Assembly (NCBI GenBank): GCA_045617385.1
Contig: JAZLIM010000090.1
Coordinates: 2,845-66,844, forward strand
DNA: 64,000 bases
From: Treponema sp.
GTDB taxonomy: Bacteria > Spirochaetota > Spirochaetia > Treponematales > Treponemataceae
Reading direction: 5' to 3'
In this document: one piece after another, positions 18,285-27,941 of the stretch
Position numbering within the stretch: position 1 is the first letter of the stretch
Layout: each line of letters opens with the position of its first letter
Notes under the pieces: model-generated
Told to the model about the DNA's origin: nothing
The model's database searches: none
The model's input: only the letters and a program-made list of their open reading frames with translations
Program-made: the position numbers and the translations under genes

Positions 18285-18331
18285 AAAAAAGGCGATTCAA
18301 TCCACCAGAACTGATGTATTGAATCGCCTTT
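18285..18331 (-). terminator. Intrinsic terminator directly upstream of the urtA RBS (attenuator-like)
   Basis: 14-bp stem AAAGGCGATTCAAT/ATTGAATCGCCTTT with a U-tract, a few nt before GGAGG. Confidence 0.8.
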
Positions 18332-18340
18332 GATTCCAAT

Positions 18341-19180
18341 TTAGTTTTTACCTTTTTCGGTAAGTTCATATATATCAAGTCTTCTAGACTTTAATATCTT
18401 GTATTGCTGCCTGAAGTTTTCAACTTCGGCCAGGTCTATTTCCTGATACAGTATGGATTCTTTTTCATCCAGCTGGTTCAGGATTTTCCCGAAAGGATCT
18501 ACCACCAGGGAATGTCCCCAGGCTACATAACAGCCTTTCTCATCCCTTGCAGGTGAACACCCCGCCATATAAACCTGATTGTCTGTAGCCCTGGTACGGA
18601 ACATTATTTCCCACCAGTTTGGTCCGCTCGTCATGTTGAAGGCAGCCGGAACAAAAATCATTTTTGCTCCCTTCTCCATCATAAGGCGGCTTAATTCCGG
18701 AAACCGGATATCAAAACAGATCATCAATCCGAACTTTCCGAACTCAGTATCAAAAACCGTAACTTCGTTTCCGGCTGTCAAAGTATCACTTTCGTGAAAA
18801 TTTGCACCGCCCGGAATATCGCAGTCAAAAAGATGCATCTTCCGGTGTTTTGCAATCTGCTTTCCGTCCCTGTCGAACACGTAGGAAGTGTTATAAATTT
18901 TTTCACCATCCCGTTCCGGCATAGAACCTGCAACAAGATAAACCTTGTTGTTTCTGGCAGCTTCCGAAAGTACCTTCCAGTTATTCTCTCCGTCTTTCTG
19001 AGCAAAGACCGGAAAGTTAGAGGCCTTATATGGACAACTGAACATTTCAGGTAAAACGACAATGTCTGTATTTTTTGAAGCAGCTTCTTCTATTTTTTCA
19101 ACGGCATTTCTGATGTTTGCATCATTTGTCAGTTCACCATGCAGCTGAACAAGCGCCATTTTTAATTTAGTTTTCTGCAA
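18341..19180 (-). CDS. Carbon-nitrogen hydrolase (nitrilase superfamily, Nit2/omega-amidase-like)
   Basis: Catalytic triad contexts LPEMF, HRKMHLFD, ICFDIRFPE; RATDNQ; WGHS. Confidence 0.9.
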   Translation of the reverse strand: MQKTKLKMALVQLHGELTNDANIRNAVEKIEEAASKNTDIVVLPEMFSCPYKASNFPVFAQKDGENNWKVLSEAARNNKVYLVAGSMPERDGEKIYNTSYVFDRDGKQIAKHRKMHLFDCDIPGGANFHESDTLTAGNEVTVFDTEFGKFGLMICFDIRFPELSRLMMEKGAKMIFVPAAFNMTSGPNWWEIMFRTRATDNQVYMAGCSPARDEKGCYVAWGHSLVVDPFGKILNQLDEKESILYQEIDLAEVENFRQQYKILKSRRLDIYELTEKGKN

Positions 19181-19264
19181 CTCCGTACCTCTTTTTTATG
19201 TCTGTAATATATTAGGATTCAAAAACTTTATATATACTAAAGTTTACAAATATAATTAAATATT

Positions 19265-19281
19265 TTGTGCATTTTGTACAC
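19265..19281. promoter_or_regulatory. Putative PucR-family operator TTGT-N9-ACA(C)
   Basis: ttgt gcattttgt acac upstream of the nitrilase; matches boxes at 29264, 29306 and 32078. Confidence 0.55.
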
Positions 19282-19287
19282 AAGAAA

Positions 19288-20040
19288 TCAAAAAGCTTCT
19301 ATTTTTATATTTTCTTCATTCAGCTTTTTATGAATATATTTTACGAAATTCAGAGCTTTTGGATTATCACCATGTACACATACTGAATCTGCTCTGATTT
19401 CTATTTCCTTTCCTGTAACTGTTTTAATTTTTCCATATTTGATCATACAGATTACATTTCTGACTGCTTCATTTTCATCAGTAATTACTGCACCTGGTTT
19501 TGTACGTGAAACAAGAGAGCCGTCTTCTTCATAAGCGCGGTCAGCAAAGACTTCACTTGCAGTTTTCAGTCCTACCTGTTCTGCACCTTTCAATAATTCA
19601 CTTCCGCTTAATCCAAGAAGGATTAATGAAGAATCTACTTCTGCAATTCCTTCCGAGATGGCAATAGCTAAGTTCAGATCTTTAGTGGCCATATTATACA
19701 TAGCACCATGGGGTTTAACATGATTCATTTTGATTTTCTGTGCATCACAAAAAGCTTTCAGTGCCCCAATCTGATACTGGACCATTGCTTTCAATTCAAT
19801 TGGAGATACATTCATATTTCTTCGGCCAAAACCAACAAGATCCGGAAACCCCGGATGGGCCCCAACTTTTACCCCCAGTTCTTTTGCAATGGAAACAGTT
19901 TCTGACATAACAACAGGGTCTGATGCATGAAAACCACATGCAATGTTTGCAGAAGAAATATATCTGATAACTTCAGAATCAAGTCCAATTTTGTAATTAC
20001 CGAAACTTTCACCTAAATCACAGTTCAAATCAATTTTCAT
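19288..20040 (-). CDS. pxpA: 5-oxoprolinase subunit A (LamB/YcsF)
   Basis: IDLNCDLGESFG, SANIACGFHA, GAHPGFPDLVGFGRR, HVKPHGAMYN, EVFADRAY, CVHGD. Confidence 0.93.
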   Translation of the reverse strand: MKIDLNCDLGESFGNYKIGLDSEVIRYISSANIACGFHASDPVVMSETVSIAKELGVKVGAHPGFPDLVGFGRRNMNVSPIELKAMVQYQIGALKAFCDAQKIKMNHVKPHGAMYNMATKDLNLAIAISEGIAEVDSSLILLGLSGSELLKGAEQVGLKTASEVFADRAYEEDGSLVSRTKPGAVITDENEAVRNVICMIKYGKIKTVTGKEIEIRADSVCVHGDNPKALNFVKYIHKKLNEENIKIEAF

Positions 20041-20861
20041 ATTATCTCTCCAAGAGATGTGATTATTTCTTTTTCAATATCCATACCGAATCCGTCGACA
20101 CTGCAAACCGGTTCTTTCAAAACTCCGTCAACGCTTCCCTTTTTTACAGTTCTCAAAATATATTCATTTACTTCATCAAAACTCATGAAAACTTTTCGGC
20201 CACTTAATCTCTGTAAATATGCAATGACAGCGTAAGCGCCCCAGTTGGAAACAGTGGCGATTACAAGATATTCTGTAGAAACTATGCATGGTGAAATTGA
20301 AAGATTCAAATTTATGATATCAGCAACATTTCCCATCCCTATTTCATTTCCACCGTCACCGATTCCAATAGTCGGATATGTCCCAAGGGCCAGACGAAAG
20401 AGCATATCAATACGCGCAGTTTTATCAGAAATGTTTTCACCTTTCATATTTGCATATTCACCATTTATGTTTATTCCACAACGTTCAATACTTATAAGGC
20501 CTGCAGGTTTAAATGTCTCCAAAAGATACTGAGCAATAGATTCATCAGAATCAAAAGGAATATAAATAACATCTAGTCTTTCAGGTTCAAAAAAATCTTT
20601 GCAGAATTCATCAGTTATAATAAACGGTTTGAACCCAAGGGTTTTCAAAGCTTTTGCAAGAAAAACGGCTCCTGCAGGTCCGTCAGTTTCCGCAAAACCA
20701 GCTACATAAAAACCGGTGGTAATAAAAACATTTCCTTTATCCCAAGAAAGAATTGATAAAGCTGCTTTTTCAGCAAAATTATCCGGTATAAATTTTCTAA
20801 GGATATCCATTCCCCGACCGGAATAACGTAATACAATATCTTCTATTAGTAACTTATTCAT
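20037..20861 (-). CDS. DUF4392 / D-glutamate cyclase-like C-terminal domain protein
   Basis: ITTGF, ETDGPAGA, ISIERCG, IGIGDGGNEIGMG, VSNWGAY, VDG. Confidence 0.85.
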   Translation of the reverse strand: MNKLLIEDIVLRYSGRGMDILRKFIPDNFAEKAALSILSWDKGNVFITTGFYVAGFAETDGPAGAVFLAKALKTLGFKPFIITDEFCKDFFEPERLDVIYIPFDSDESIAQYLLETFKPAGLISIERCGININGEYANMKGENISDKTARIDMLFRLALGTYPTIGIGDGGNEIGMGNVADIINLNLSISPCIVSTEYLVIATVSNWGAYAVIAYLQRLSGRKVFMSFDEVNEYILRTVKKGSVDGVLKEPVCSVDGFGMDIEKEIITSLGEII

Positions 20862-20864
20862 ATA

Positions 20865-21722
20865 TTAAATGATGTCAGCTTTATAGCCAGTTTCTTTTTC
20901 AAAATCTTCTACACATGCTTTTTGAAGTTTCTTCAGTAATTCTGTTGCTTTTCCACCAACTGCTTTCCCATCTATTTCACAGGCTGCAAGTCCAAGTGTT
21001 CCGGCAGAAGTTATGAATACTTCATCAGCATTGAAAAGTTCATCAAGAGAAAACGGACGTTCTTCAAAGGGAATACCAAGCCTACGACACAAAGTTATAA
21101 AATGCCGGCGTGTAACTCCCGGAAGAATCAGTTCATCAAGAGGCGGAGTAATTAAAACCCCATCTTTTAATATGTTGACATTTGTATGAGCACATTCGGT
21201 AACACGAGTTCCTCGATGAAAAACTACTTCTTTGGCACCTGCTTCAAATGCTTTCTGACTTGCCATTACGTTTGGAAGAAGATTCAAAGTCTTTATATTA
21301 CAGTGATAAAACCTCGTATCTTCTTCTGTAATCAACCTGCATGGTGTCCGTAAATCCGTCAGTTTTGCTTCTGTAATATTGATTAACAGATTTGGTTCTG
21401 CATCAGGAAAAAGATGATTTCTTGGCGCTGTTCCTCTTGTAACTTCCCAGTAAACAAAACAGACTCCGTCGCTATCCATGGCATCAATACATTTCTGTAT
21501 TTCTTCCAGAAGTTGTTCTTTAGAAAGTTTAAAAGGAATTTTTACTGCATTCAGGCTGTTGTAGAAACGTTCTATGTGCCAGTCTTTTTCAAAGATTTTT
21601 CTGTTCGCACTGTAAGTTGCATCATAAACACCATCTCCAAAAAACATTGCTCTGTCCAGAAAAGGAATAGTTAATTCTTCCTGGAGCCCCATTTTTCCAT
21701 TGTAGTATGCAACATTCTTCAT
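20865..21722 (-). CDS. dat: D-amino acid aminotransferase (PLP fold IV)
   Basis: DRAMFFGDGVY, TRGTAPRNHLFP, CNIKTLNLLPN, TECAHTNV, ILPGVTR; the R-x-H and IKxLNLL motifs are DAAT-like. Confidence 0.8.
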   Translation of the reverse strand: MKNVAYYNGKMGLQEELTIPFLDRAMFFGDGVYDATYSANRKIFEKDWHIERFYNSLNAVKIPFKLSKEQLLEEIQKCIDAMDSDGVCFVYWEVTRGTAPRNHLFPDAEPNLLINITEAKLTDLRTPCRLITEEDTRFYHCNIKTLNLLPNVMASQKAFEAGAKEVVFHRGTRVTECAHTNVNILKDGVLITPPLDELILPGVTRRHFITLCRRLGIPFEERPFSLDELFNADEVFITSAGTLGLAACEIDGKAVGGKATELLKKLQKACVEDFEKETGYKADII

Positions 21723-21738
21723 AATTTAACCTCTCTTT

Positions 21739-22536
21739 TTAATTCTGTAACTGACATTCAGGAATATCTGTAATAAGCATGTGTCCCGGTGCATGAGTAA
21801 TACAGAATTCTGGCTTTGAATTCATTACTACACTTTGAGGCGTTACTCCGCAACACCAGAAAACCGGAACTTCACCGGGTCTAATAGTACTTGGCTCACC
21901 AAAATCCGGATTCCCCAAATCATTTATTCCGATTACAGACGGATCTCCTATATGGATTGGAGCTCCATGTACTTTTGGAACCCTTCCTGTTATTGTTATG
22001 GCTTTTACAATCTGGTTATAAGGAACTGGTCTCATGGACACAACCATTTTTCCGCTGAAGATGCCTGCAGGAATTGTATCAATATTTGTAAGGTACATAG
22101 GAACATTATGATTTTCTGAAATATTTCTCACATCTATTCCTGCTGACATTAATGGGCCCTCAAAAGAAAAACTGCAGCCGATTACAAAGGTCACCAAATC
22201 GTCACGCCAGAATTCGCTTACATCAGAATATTCACCAGCCAGTTCACCATTCTTCCACACTCTGTACTTAGGGACTTCTTTAGTTATGTCGCATCCAGGC
22301 GCAGACGATTTCATGAATCTGTCCCCTGCATCCCCGACTTCAAGTAAAGGACAGGACTGAGGATTTCTTTGACAGAACAGAAGAAAATCGTAAGCATATT
22401 TTTGGGGAAGGATACATAAATTTGCCTGGGCGTAGCCTTCACACATTCCCGATGTTTGACAGTTAATTTTTCCTTCACTGATTAACTTTCTTACTTCACC
22501 TGGTTTACTGTTTTTAAACGGATTATTGTTTTCCAT
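21739..22536 (-). CDS. DUF1445 / YcsI putative hydro-lyase (D-glutamate cyclase family N-terminal part)
   Basis: TSGMCEGYAQANL, FLLFCQRNPQSCPLLEV, GCSFSFE, VVSMRP, HGAPIHIGDP, PVFWCCGVTPQ, ITHAPGHM. Confidence 0.9.
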   Translation of the reverse strand: MENNNPFKNSKPGEVRKLISEGKINCQTSGMCEGYAQANLCILPQKYAYDFLLFCQRNPQSCPLLEVGDAGDRFMKSSAPGCDITKEVPKYRVWKNGELAGEYSDVSEFWRDDLVTFVIGCSFSFEGPLMSAGIDVRNISENHNVPMYLTNIDTIPAGIFSGKMVVSMRPVPYNQIVKAITITGRVPKVHGAPIHIGDPSVIGINDLGNPDFGEPSTIRPGEVPVFWCCGVTPQSVVMNSKPEFCITHAPGHMLITDIPECQLQN

Positions 22537-22553
22537 AATTGACTCTCCTTTTT

Positions 22554-24194
22554 TTAAATAAAAGAAAACTGTACTTTAGTTCCGGGAACTGCCTGTGAAA
22601 GTTTACACATTGATTTTTTTGTGACACATGCAATCTTTGCATATCCACCCGTAGTCTGACGGTCAGATGCCATAACAACCGGAAGGCCTTCAGAAGTAAT
22701 CTGCACAGCCCCAAAAGGAACAGCATCACTGATAATATCAGTTTTCCCGCAGGCAAGGCTTTTTCCTGAAAAACGAATTCCCATTCTGTCACTATCAGGA
22801 GTAACCGTATAAATGTTATTCATAAAAGCTGAGATTATATCTTGAGTAAAAAAATCAGTCTGAGAAGACCTGACACATTGCAGGCTCACAATTTCTTCTT
22901 TCTGAATAAAGAAAGGATTCATTTCGTAATTTTCTTTTAGTCTCATTTCATTATTTTTATTTTTACCGATTGCAATCTCATCTCCTGACATAAGTTTTCT
23001 ACCCTTATATCCCCCGGTTCTGATTTTAGTATTTGTAGATGAACTTCCGAATTTTTTATGAACGAGAACACCTCCAGAAAAAGCAATATAAGAACGAAGT
23101 CCGTAAGAAGAATAACCACATTTCAATACAGAGCCTTTTCCTGCATGATAAACTCTGTTCATCTCGATATGTTTATCATCAAGATTTGCATTTTCAAAAA
23201 CTGCACCTGTAATAGCAAAATCACAGGGAAGAATAAATTGTATTTCAGGACCACTTAAGGTTGTTTCAAGACAGGCCACTGTTTCCAGATTCCCGCAAAG
23301 CATATTGGCCATCTTAAAACTAAGTTCATCCATAGCACCGCATTGCCCGATTCCATATTTTTGAAAACCGAAAATACCCATATCCTGGACAGTAGTGTTT
23401 AATCCTGGATCAATTATTCTGATTCCTGAACCACAGACAAATCTTGTTTTTTCTTCAATCACATCTATTTTTGTAGTATTTTCGTTTAACCATAAATTTT
23501 CATTAAAATTATCAAAATGATTTCTGGAGACAGGAACAAAACGAATTTTATCACCTGATTCATACAAAAATGAAGGATTCCGCTCTGCATCAAAAACTTT
23601 CAATGGCGTGCGTCCTATTATCAGCCAGCCTCCAGGAGATTCAACCGGATACAAACCTGTCTGTTTTCCTCCAACAGCTACACTTCCGGCCTGTATTTTT
23701 TTTCTTGGAGTTTCTAATCTTGGAATTTCCAGTCTTTCATCAATCCCGCCTAAATACGGAAACCCAGGTAAAAACCCGAGCATATAAATCAGATATTCGG
23801 TTGAACTGTGCAGTTCTATTATTTCTTTTTTTGATAAACCGGTTTGGGTTGAAATCTTTTCTAGGTCCGGTGCAAATTCTTCGTCCTCATAACAGACAGG
23901 AATCTTAATAGTCCTATTCTTTTCTTTTTTTTCTTCCCTAAAAGACAAAGATCCTTTCAGAATTTTTTCTGCTATTTTTTTTGGGAAATTATGATTACAA
24001 AGCTTTTCATCAAAAAATACAGTTACCGAACAATATGTTGGAACAGTTTCAATAATTTCAGGAAGACCACGTGTTTCCGTCTCAAAAGCATCAACAAACA
24101 TTAAAACCTGACTGTTAACTTCCGGACAGATTCTCTTCTCAAATTGAATCAGAAGAGAATTTTCACTTGATATCAAAATATCTGTTGAATACAT
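22554..24194 (-). CDS. pxpBC: Fused 5-oxoprolinase subunits B and C (KipI-KipA)
   Basis: N-half LGFLPGFPYLG, GSVAVGG.QTG.YP..SPGGW.IIGRTP. C-half TTVQD.G..G.Q..G....GAMD, SDRMGIR, DRQTTGGYAKIA. Confidence 0.9.
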   Translation of the reverse strand: MYSTDILISSENSLLIQFEKRICPEVNSQVLMFVDAFETETRGLPEIIETVPTYCSVTVFFDEKLCNHNFPKKIAEKILKGSLSFREEKKEKNRTIKIPVCYEDEEFAPDLEKISTQTGLSKKEIIELHSSTEYLIYMLGFLPGFPYLGGIDERLEIPRLETPRKKIQAGSVAVGGKQTGLYPVESPGGWLIIGRTPLKVFDAERNPSFLYESGDKIRFVPVSRNHFDNFNENLWLNENTTKIDVIEEKTRFVCGSGIRIIDPGLNTTVQDMGIFGFQKYGIGQCGAMDELSFKMANMLCGNLETVACLETTLSGPEIQFILPCDFAITGAVFENANLDDKHIEMNRVYHAGKGSVLKCGYSSYGLRSYIAFSGGVLVHKKFGSSSTNTKIRTGGYKGRKLMSGDEIAIGKNKNNEMRLKENYEMNPFFIQKEEIVSLQCVRSSQTDFFTQDIISAFMNNIYTVTPDSDRMGIRFSGKSLACGKTDIISDAVPFGAVQITSEGLPVVMASDRQTTGGYAKIACVTKKSMCKLSQAVPGTKVQFSFI

Positions 24195-24222
24195 GAAATC
24201 CTCCTGAAATTAAATAACCAAT

Positions 24223-24963
24223 TTACCCGCCCAGATAGGCTTTCTGAACTTCGGGATTTGAACTAAGTTCACTGCTTGTTCCACTTGCTATTATTTCGCC
24301 AGTACGGAGAACGTATCCACGGTCGGAAAAATCAAGGGCAACTTTTGCATTCTGTTCTACTACCAGAAGTGTCATTCCTTTCTGAATGTTCAGACGTTTA
24401 AGAGCACGGAACATTTCGAACATGAGTTTCGGAGCAAGTCCCATACTTGGTTCATCAAGCATGATAAAATCACAGTCAGTCATCAATGCACGTCCAACTG
24501 CAAGCATCTGCTGTTCACCACCGGAAAGAAGTTCACTTCTCTGTTTCCTTCTTTCATGAAGGCGCGGAAACAGATCATAAACCAGGTCATAAAGTTCGGC
24601 TGTAACCATTTCATGGAACTTTTCGTGTCTGCGGCCATAACAGGCCATCTGAAGATTTTCTTCAACTGTTAGGTTCCCGAAAATATGTCGACCTTCCGGT
24701 ACAAGGCACATCATTTTTTTCTGAATTAATGTCTGCGGTTCTGTCTTTAGAATGCTTTTTCCTTCAAAAAGTACATCACCCTGGAGAACAGCAGGAGCTT
24801 CAGGTTTTGGTAATCTGGACAAGGTAAGCAAAGTCGAAGTTTTTCCGGCACCGTTTGCTCCAATCAGTGTTACAATCTCGCCTTTATCAACATTAAAATT
24901 TATTCCATGAAGGGCTTCGATATTTCCATAACCAACTCTCAAATCTTTTACTTCAAGCAGCAT
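24223..24963 (-). CDS. livF: Branched-chain amino acid-type ABC ATP-binding protein
   Basis: LIGANGAGKT, VPEGRHIF, LSGGEQQMLAVGRAL, DEPSMGLAP, VEQNA. Confidence 0.88.
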   Translation of the reverse strand: MLLEVKDLRVGYGNIEALHGINFNVDKGEIVTLIGANGAGKTSTLLTLSRLPKPEAPAVLQGDVLFEGKSILKTEPQTLIQKKMMCLVPEGRHIFGNLTVEENLQMACYGRRHEKFHEMVTAELYDLVYDLFPRLHERRKQRSELLSGGEQQMLAVGRALMTDCDFIMLDEPSMGLAPKLMFEMFRALKRLNIQKGMTLLVVEQNAKVALDFSDRGYVLRTGEIIASGTSSELSSNPEVQKAYLGG

Positions 24964-24980
24964 AATCAGGCCTCCTTTTA

Positions 24981-25805
24981 TTAATGTGATTTACTCTTCT
25001 TTTCTGGCAAACCCGGATAAGCATCTTTGATGTTGATATTGGAATTTCCAAGATAAGCATCAATAACAGCAGGATTTTTCTGAATTTCGTCCGGTGTACC
25101 TTCTGCAAGTTCCTTACCAAAATTAATTACTTTAATATGGTCCGCCAGAGTATTTACAACCTGCATCTGATGCTCAATCATCCAGATTGTAATATTAAAG
25201 GTTTCGTGAATCCATTTAATATACGAGATAAGTCCATCAAGATCTGAAGTCGAAAGTCCTGCAGCCGGTTCATCGAGCATCAAAAGCTTCGGGTTAAGAC
25301 TCAAAGCTCTTGCAATTTCTACTCGGCGCTGAATTCCGTATGGAAGATTTTTCGGATAATCAAGAGCCTTGTCGGCCAGGCTGAATTTTTCAAGAAGTTC
25401 CCATGCTTCTTTATGAATTTCAGCTTCTCTATCTTTGTATTTTTTTGTTTTCAGAAAAACATCCTTCAATCCGAATCCAAGACGGGAATGCTGGGCAATG
25501 CAGATATTATCCAGAACTGTCATATCACTCCACAAACGGATATTCTGGAAAGTACGGCCAATCTTCAAGTCTGCAATCAGATGAGGTTTTAATCCGTTTA
25601 GTCTTTTTCCATCAAAAGTAATGTCACCTTCTGAAGGTACATAAAAGCCGCTGACAAGATTGAATACAGTTGTCTTACCCGCACCGTTAGGCCCGATAAG
25701 TGCATTGATTGTTCCTTTTTTAATATCAACATTAATATCTGTCAATGCCTGTAAACCACCAAAACGGTGCGTAAGGTGATCTATCTTTAATAATGTTTCG
25801 CTCAT
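24981..25805 (-). CDS. livG: Branched-chain amino acid-type ABC ATP-binding protein
   Basis: FGGLQAL, LIGPNGAGKTT, RTFQNIRL, LPYG.QRRVEIARAL, DEPAAG. Confidence 0.88.
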   Translation of the reverse strand: MSETLLKIDHLTHRFGGLQALTDINVDIKKGTINALIGPNGAGKTTVFNLVSGFYVPSEGDITFDGKRLNGLKPHLIADLKIGRTFQNIRLWSDMTVLDNICIAQHSRLGFGLKDVFLKTKKYKDREAEIHKEAWELLEKFSLADKALDYPKNLPYGIQRRVEIARALSLNPKLLMLDEPAAGLSTSDLDGLISYIKWIHETFNITIWMIEHQMQVVNTLADHIKVINFGKELAEGTPDEIQKNPAVIDAYLGNSNINIKDAYPGLPEKKSKSH

Positions 25806-26929
25806 ATTGTCCCTCCTTCCGACCCAGTTTCCGGCTTCATTTTATTCTTATCTTCCGGGAAAAACTTTTTGAGCCATGGAAATACATGAGTAAGTTCTTT
25901 AGAACCCATAATTCCTTCCGGATGGAATTCCATTATGAAAATCAAAATTAGAGGGATAATAACCCATTTCCAGATCTGTGCAGGTCTTAACAATTCCAGA
26001 AGGATTGTAAATATTATTGCTGAAAGAACTGAACCACTTAAAGAGCCCATACCACCAAGGTAAACCATTACAAGAGATTCTGTTGACTTCATGATTCCAA
26101 AACTTGCCGGACTGATAAAACCAAGAAGATGTGCAAAAAGACCACCGGCAATTCCGGCCAGGAATGAACTGAAAGTAAATGCAATAAGCTTCATGTTATT
26201 GGTATTTACAGACATGATTTCAGCCGAAATTTCGTCATATTTTACAGCACTGATACCTTTCCCTAGTGTTGAGTTCATAAGAAAGTGAATCGAAACAACT
26301 GAAAGAATAGCAAAAACCAATCCCCAGATAAGAATCCATGGAACATCAAATATATCAGCCATTCCATTCATTACACTTTTCATTCCCAGAAGTCCACGAC
26401 TTGCACCGACAAGCGGAATATTGTTTATCGCTGTGGTAACAATAAAGTTTGCGGCAACTGTAATAATTGCAAGATAGTCGTCACGGGTTTTGAAAGAAGG
26501 GATTGCAACAATAAGGCTTACCAGCATAGCTCCTATTCCACCCAAAATTATAGAAACAGGAAAACCAATAAGTGCAAACCCCTCCGGTAAAACAGCATGA
26601 CCTGTAATTGCATTTCCATCTTTGAAAAGAATTAAGGAAACGACAGACGAAACATAAGCTCCAGTTGCCATGAATCCACCATGACCACAACTGAACTCTC
26701 CCATGTATCCGTTTACAATGTTCAAGCTTGCCGACATGATTATGTTAATACAGATTGTAACAATAATTGTCTGAAGGTAATTATTTATTACTCCAAACTT
26801 TGCAAGGATTGTAAGAGTAACAATCATTACAATTGTTGAAACAGGCATAATCAATTTTCGGGATCTGGATGATGGATTGAATTTTGAATCAATCCGGCTG
26901 TTCATAGTATTTAACCACTTCATTTTCAA
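25802..26929 (-). CDS. livM: Branched-chain amino acid-type ABC permease
   Basis: SLNIVNGYMGEFSCGHGGF, DYLAIIT, YLGGMGSLSG. Confidence 0.85.
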   Translation of the reverse strand: MKMKWLNTMNSRIDSKFNPSSRSRKLIMPVSTIVMIVTLTILAKFGVINNYLQTIIVTICINIIMSASLNIVNGYMGEFSCGHGGFMATGAYVSSVVSLILFKDGNAITGHAVLPEGFALIGFPVSIILGGIGAMLVSLIVAIPSFKTRDDYLAIITVAANFIVTTAINNIPLVGASRGLLGMKSVMNGMADIFDVPWILIWGLVFAILSVVSIHFLMNSTLGKGISAVKYDEISAEIMSVNTNNMKLIAFTFSSFLAGIAGGLFAHLLGFISPASFGIMKSTESLVMVYLGGMGSLSGSVLSAIIFTILLELLRPAQIWKWVIIPLILIFIMEFHPEGIMGSKELTHVFPWLKKFFPEDKNKMKPETGSEGGTI

Positions 26930-26935
26930 TCCTCC

Positions 26936-27847
26936 TTAAATCTTTGTACTTTTGGCCACACCAAAGAAACCTGTAGGTTTAATTGTCAGAATCACCAGCA
27001 GAATAACAAATGAAATCAGATCCTTATAACTAGATGGAAGAAATGCTGTTACAAAGATTTCAATGAATCCAAGCAGGAAGCCTCCGATAAAGGCACCTTT
27101 AATATCACCGATACCACCTACTACTGCGGCAATAAATGCTTTCCATCCGATGATTGTTCCCATGTAAGGATCCATAACAGGATAGGACATACCAAAAAGA
27201 ATTCCTGCAACTGCCGCTAAAGCTGAACCTAAACCAAAAGTAAAAGTAATTACTGTATTAACAGGAATACCCATTAACGGAATTGCAAACTTGTCATAAG
27301 ATATGGCACGCATACTCATGCCAAGTGTTGTTTTCTGAACGATAAACTGTAAGATTATAAAAATGATTATTGCACTTACAATTACAAGTACTTTAAGACT
27401 GGTAATTGTTACCGGTCCAATATTCCATATGTGCTTAGGAAGGATATCCGGAAAACTTCTTGCAGAAGCACCAAGAATTGCTAAGTTTCCGTTTTCAAGA
27501 ATAAATCCGATCATTAAAGCTGTAATGACCACATAAAGTCGGTTTGCGCCTTTAGCTCTCAGTGGTTTATAGGCAACTTTTTCAATACCTACACCTAAAA
27601 GTGCTGTAAGAGCCATAGTACAGACAAGGGTAATTACAAAAAGCGGTACACCAGTCAATCCTGCAAAGTGGGCTGTCAAAAAAGCCACAATAAAGAACGC
27701 GATGTATGTTGATGTCATGAAGATATCACCATGAGCAAAATTGATAAGTCTTAACACACCATAAACAAGACAATATCCAAGGGCAATCATCGAATAGAAA
27801 CTGCCCCACTGAAGTGCATTAAAAATATTTTGAATCAGAAATGTCAT
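26936..27847 (-). CDS. livH: Branched-chain amino acid-type ABC permease
   Basis: IALGYCLVYGVLRLINFAHGD, KAFIAAVVGGIG. Start MTFLIQ with GGAGG RBS. Confidence 0.88.
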   Translation of the reverse strand: MTFLIQNIFNALQWGSFYSMIALGYCLVYGVLRLINFAHGDIFMTSTYIAFFIVAFLTAHFAGLTGVPLFVITLVCTMALTALLGVGIEKVAYKPLRAKGANRLYVVITALMIGFILENGNLAILGASARSFPDILPKHIWNIGPVTITSLKVLVIVSAIIIFIILQFIVQKTTLGMSMRAISYDKFAIPLMGIPVNTVITFTFGLGSALAAVAGILFGMSYPVMDPYMGTIIGWKAFIAAVVGGIGDIKGAFIGGFLLGFIEIFVTAFLPSSYKDLISFVILLVILTIKPTGFFGVAKSTKI

Positions 27848-27876
27848 ACAAGCCTCCATTCTGACTACGAAGGAAA

Positions 27877-27912
27877 TGGCAATTCAAAATTGAGAACAAC
27901 TTTGAACTGCCA
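27877..27912 (-). promoter_or_regulatory. Intercistronic stem-loop after livK
   Basis: TGGCA-A-TTCAAA ... TTTGAA-C-TGCCA imperfect inverted repeat. Confidence 0.45.
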
Positions 27913-27941
27913 CATTAACTATTTTATTTTAGAACCTGTTG

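Noticed and set aside
22554-24194. Urea carboxylase / allophanate hydrolase completing a urea pathway
   Set aside because: There is no biotin carboxylase or biotin-carrier domain, and pxpA in the same operon indicates 5-oxoprolinase.
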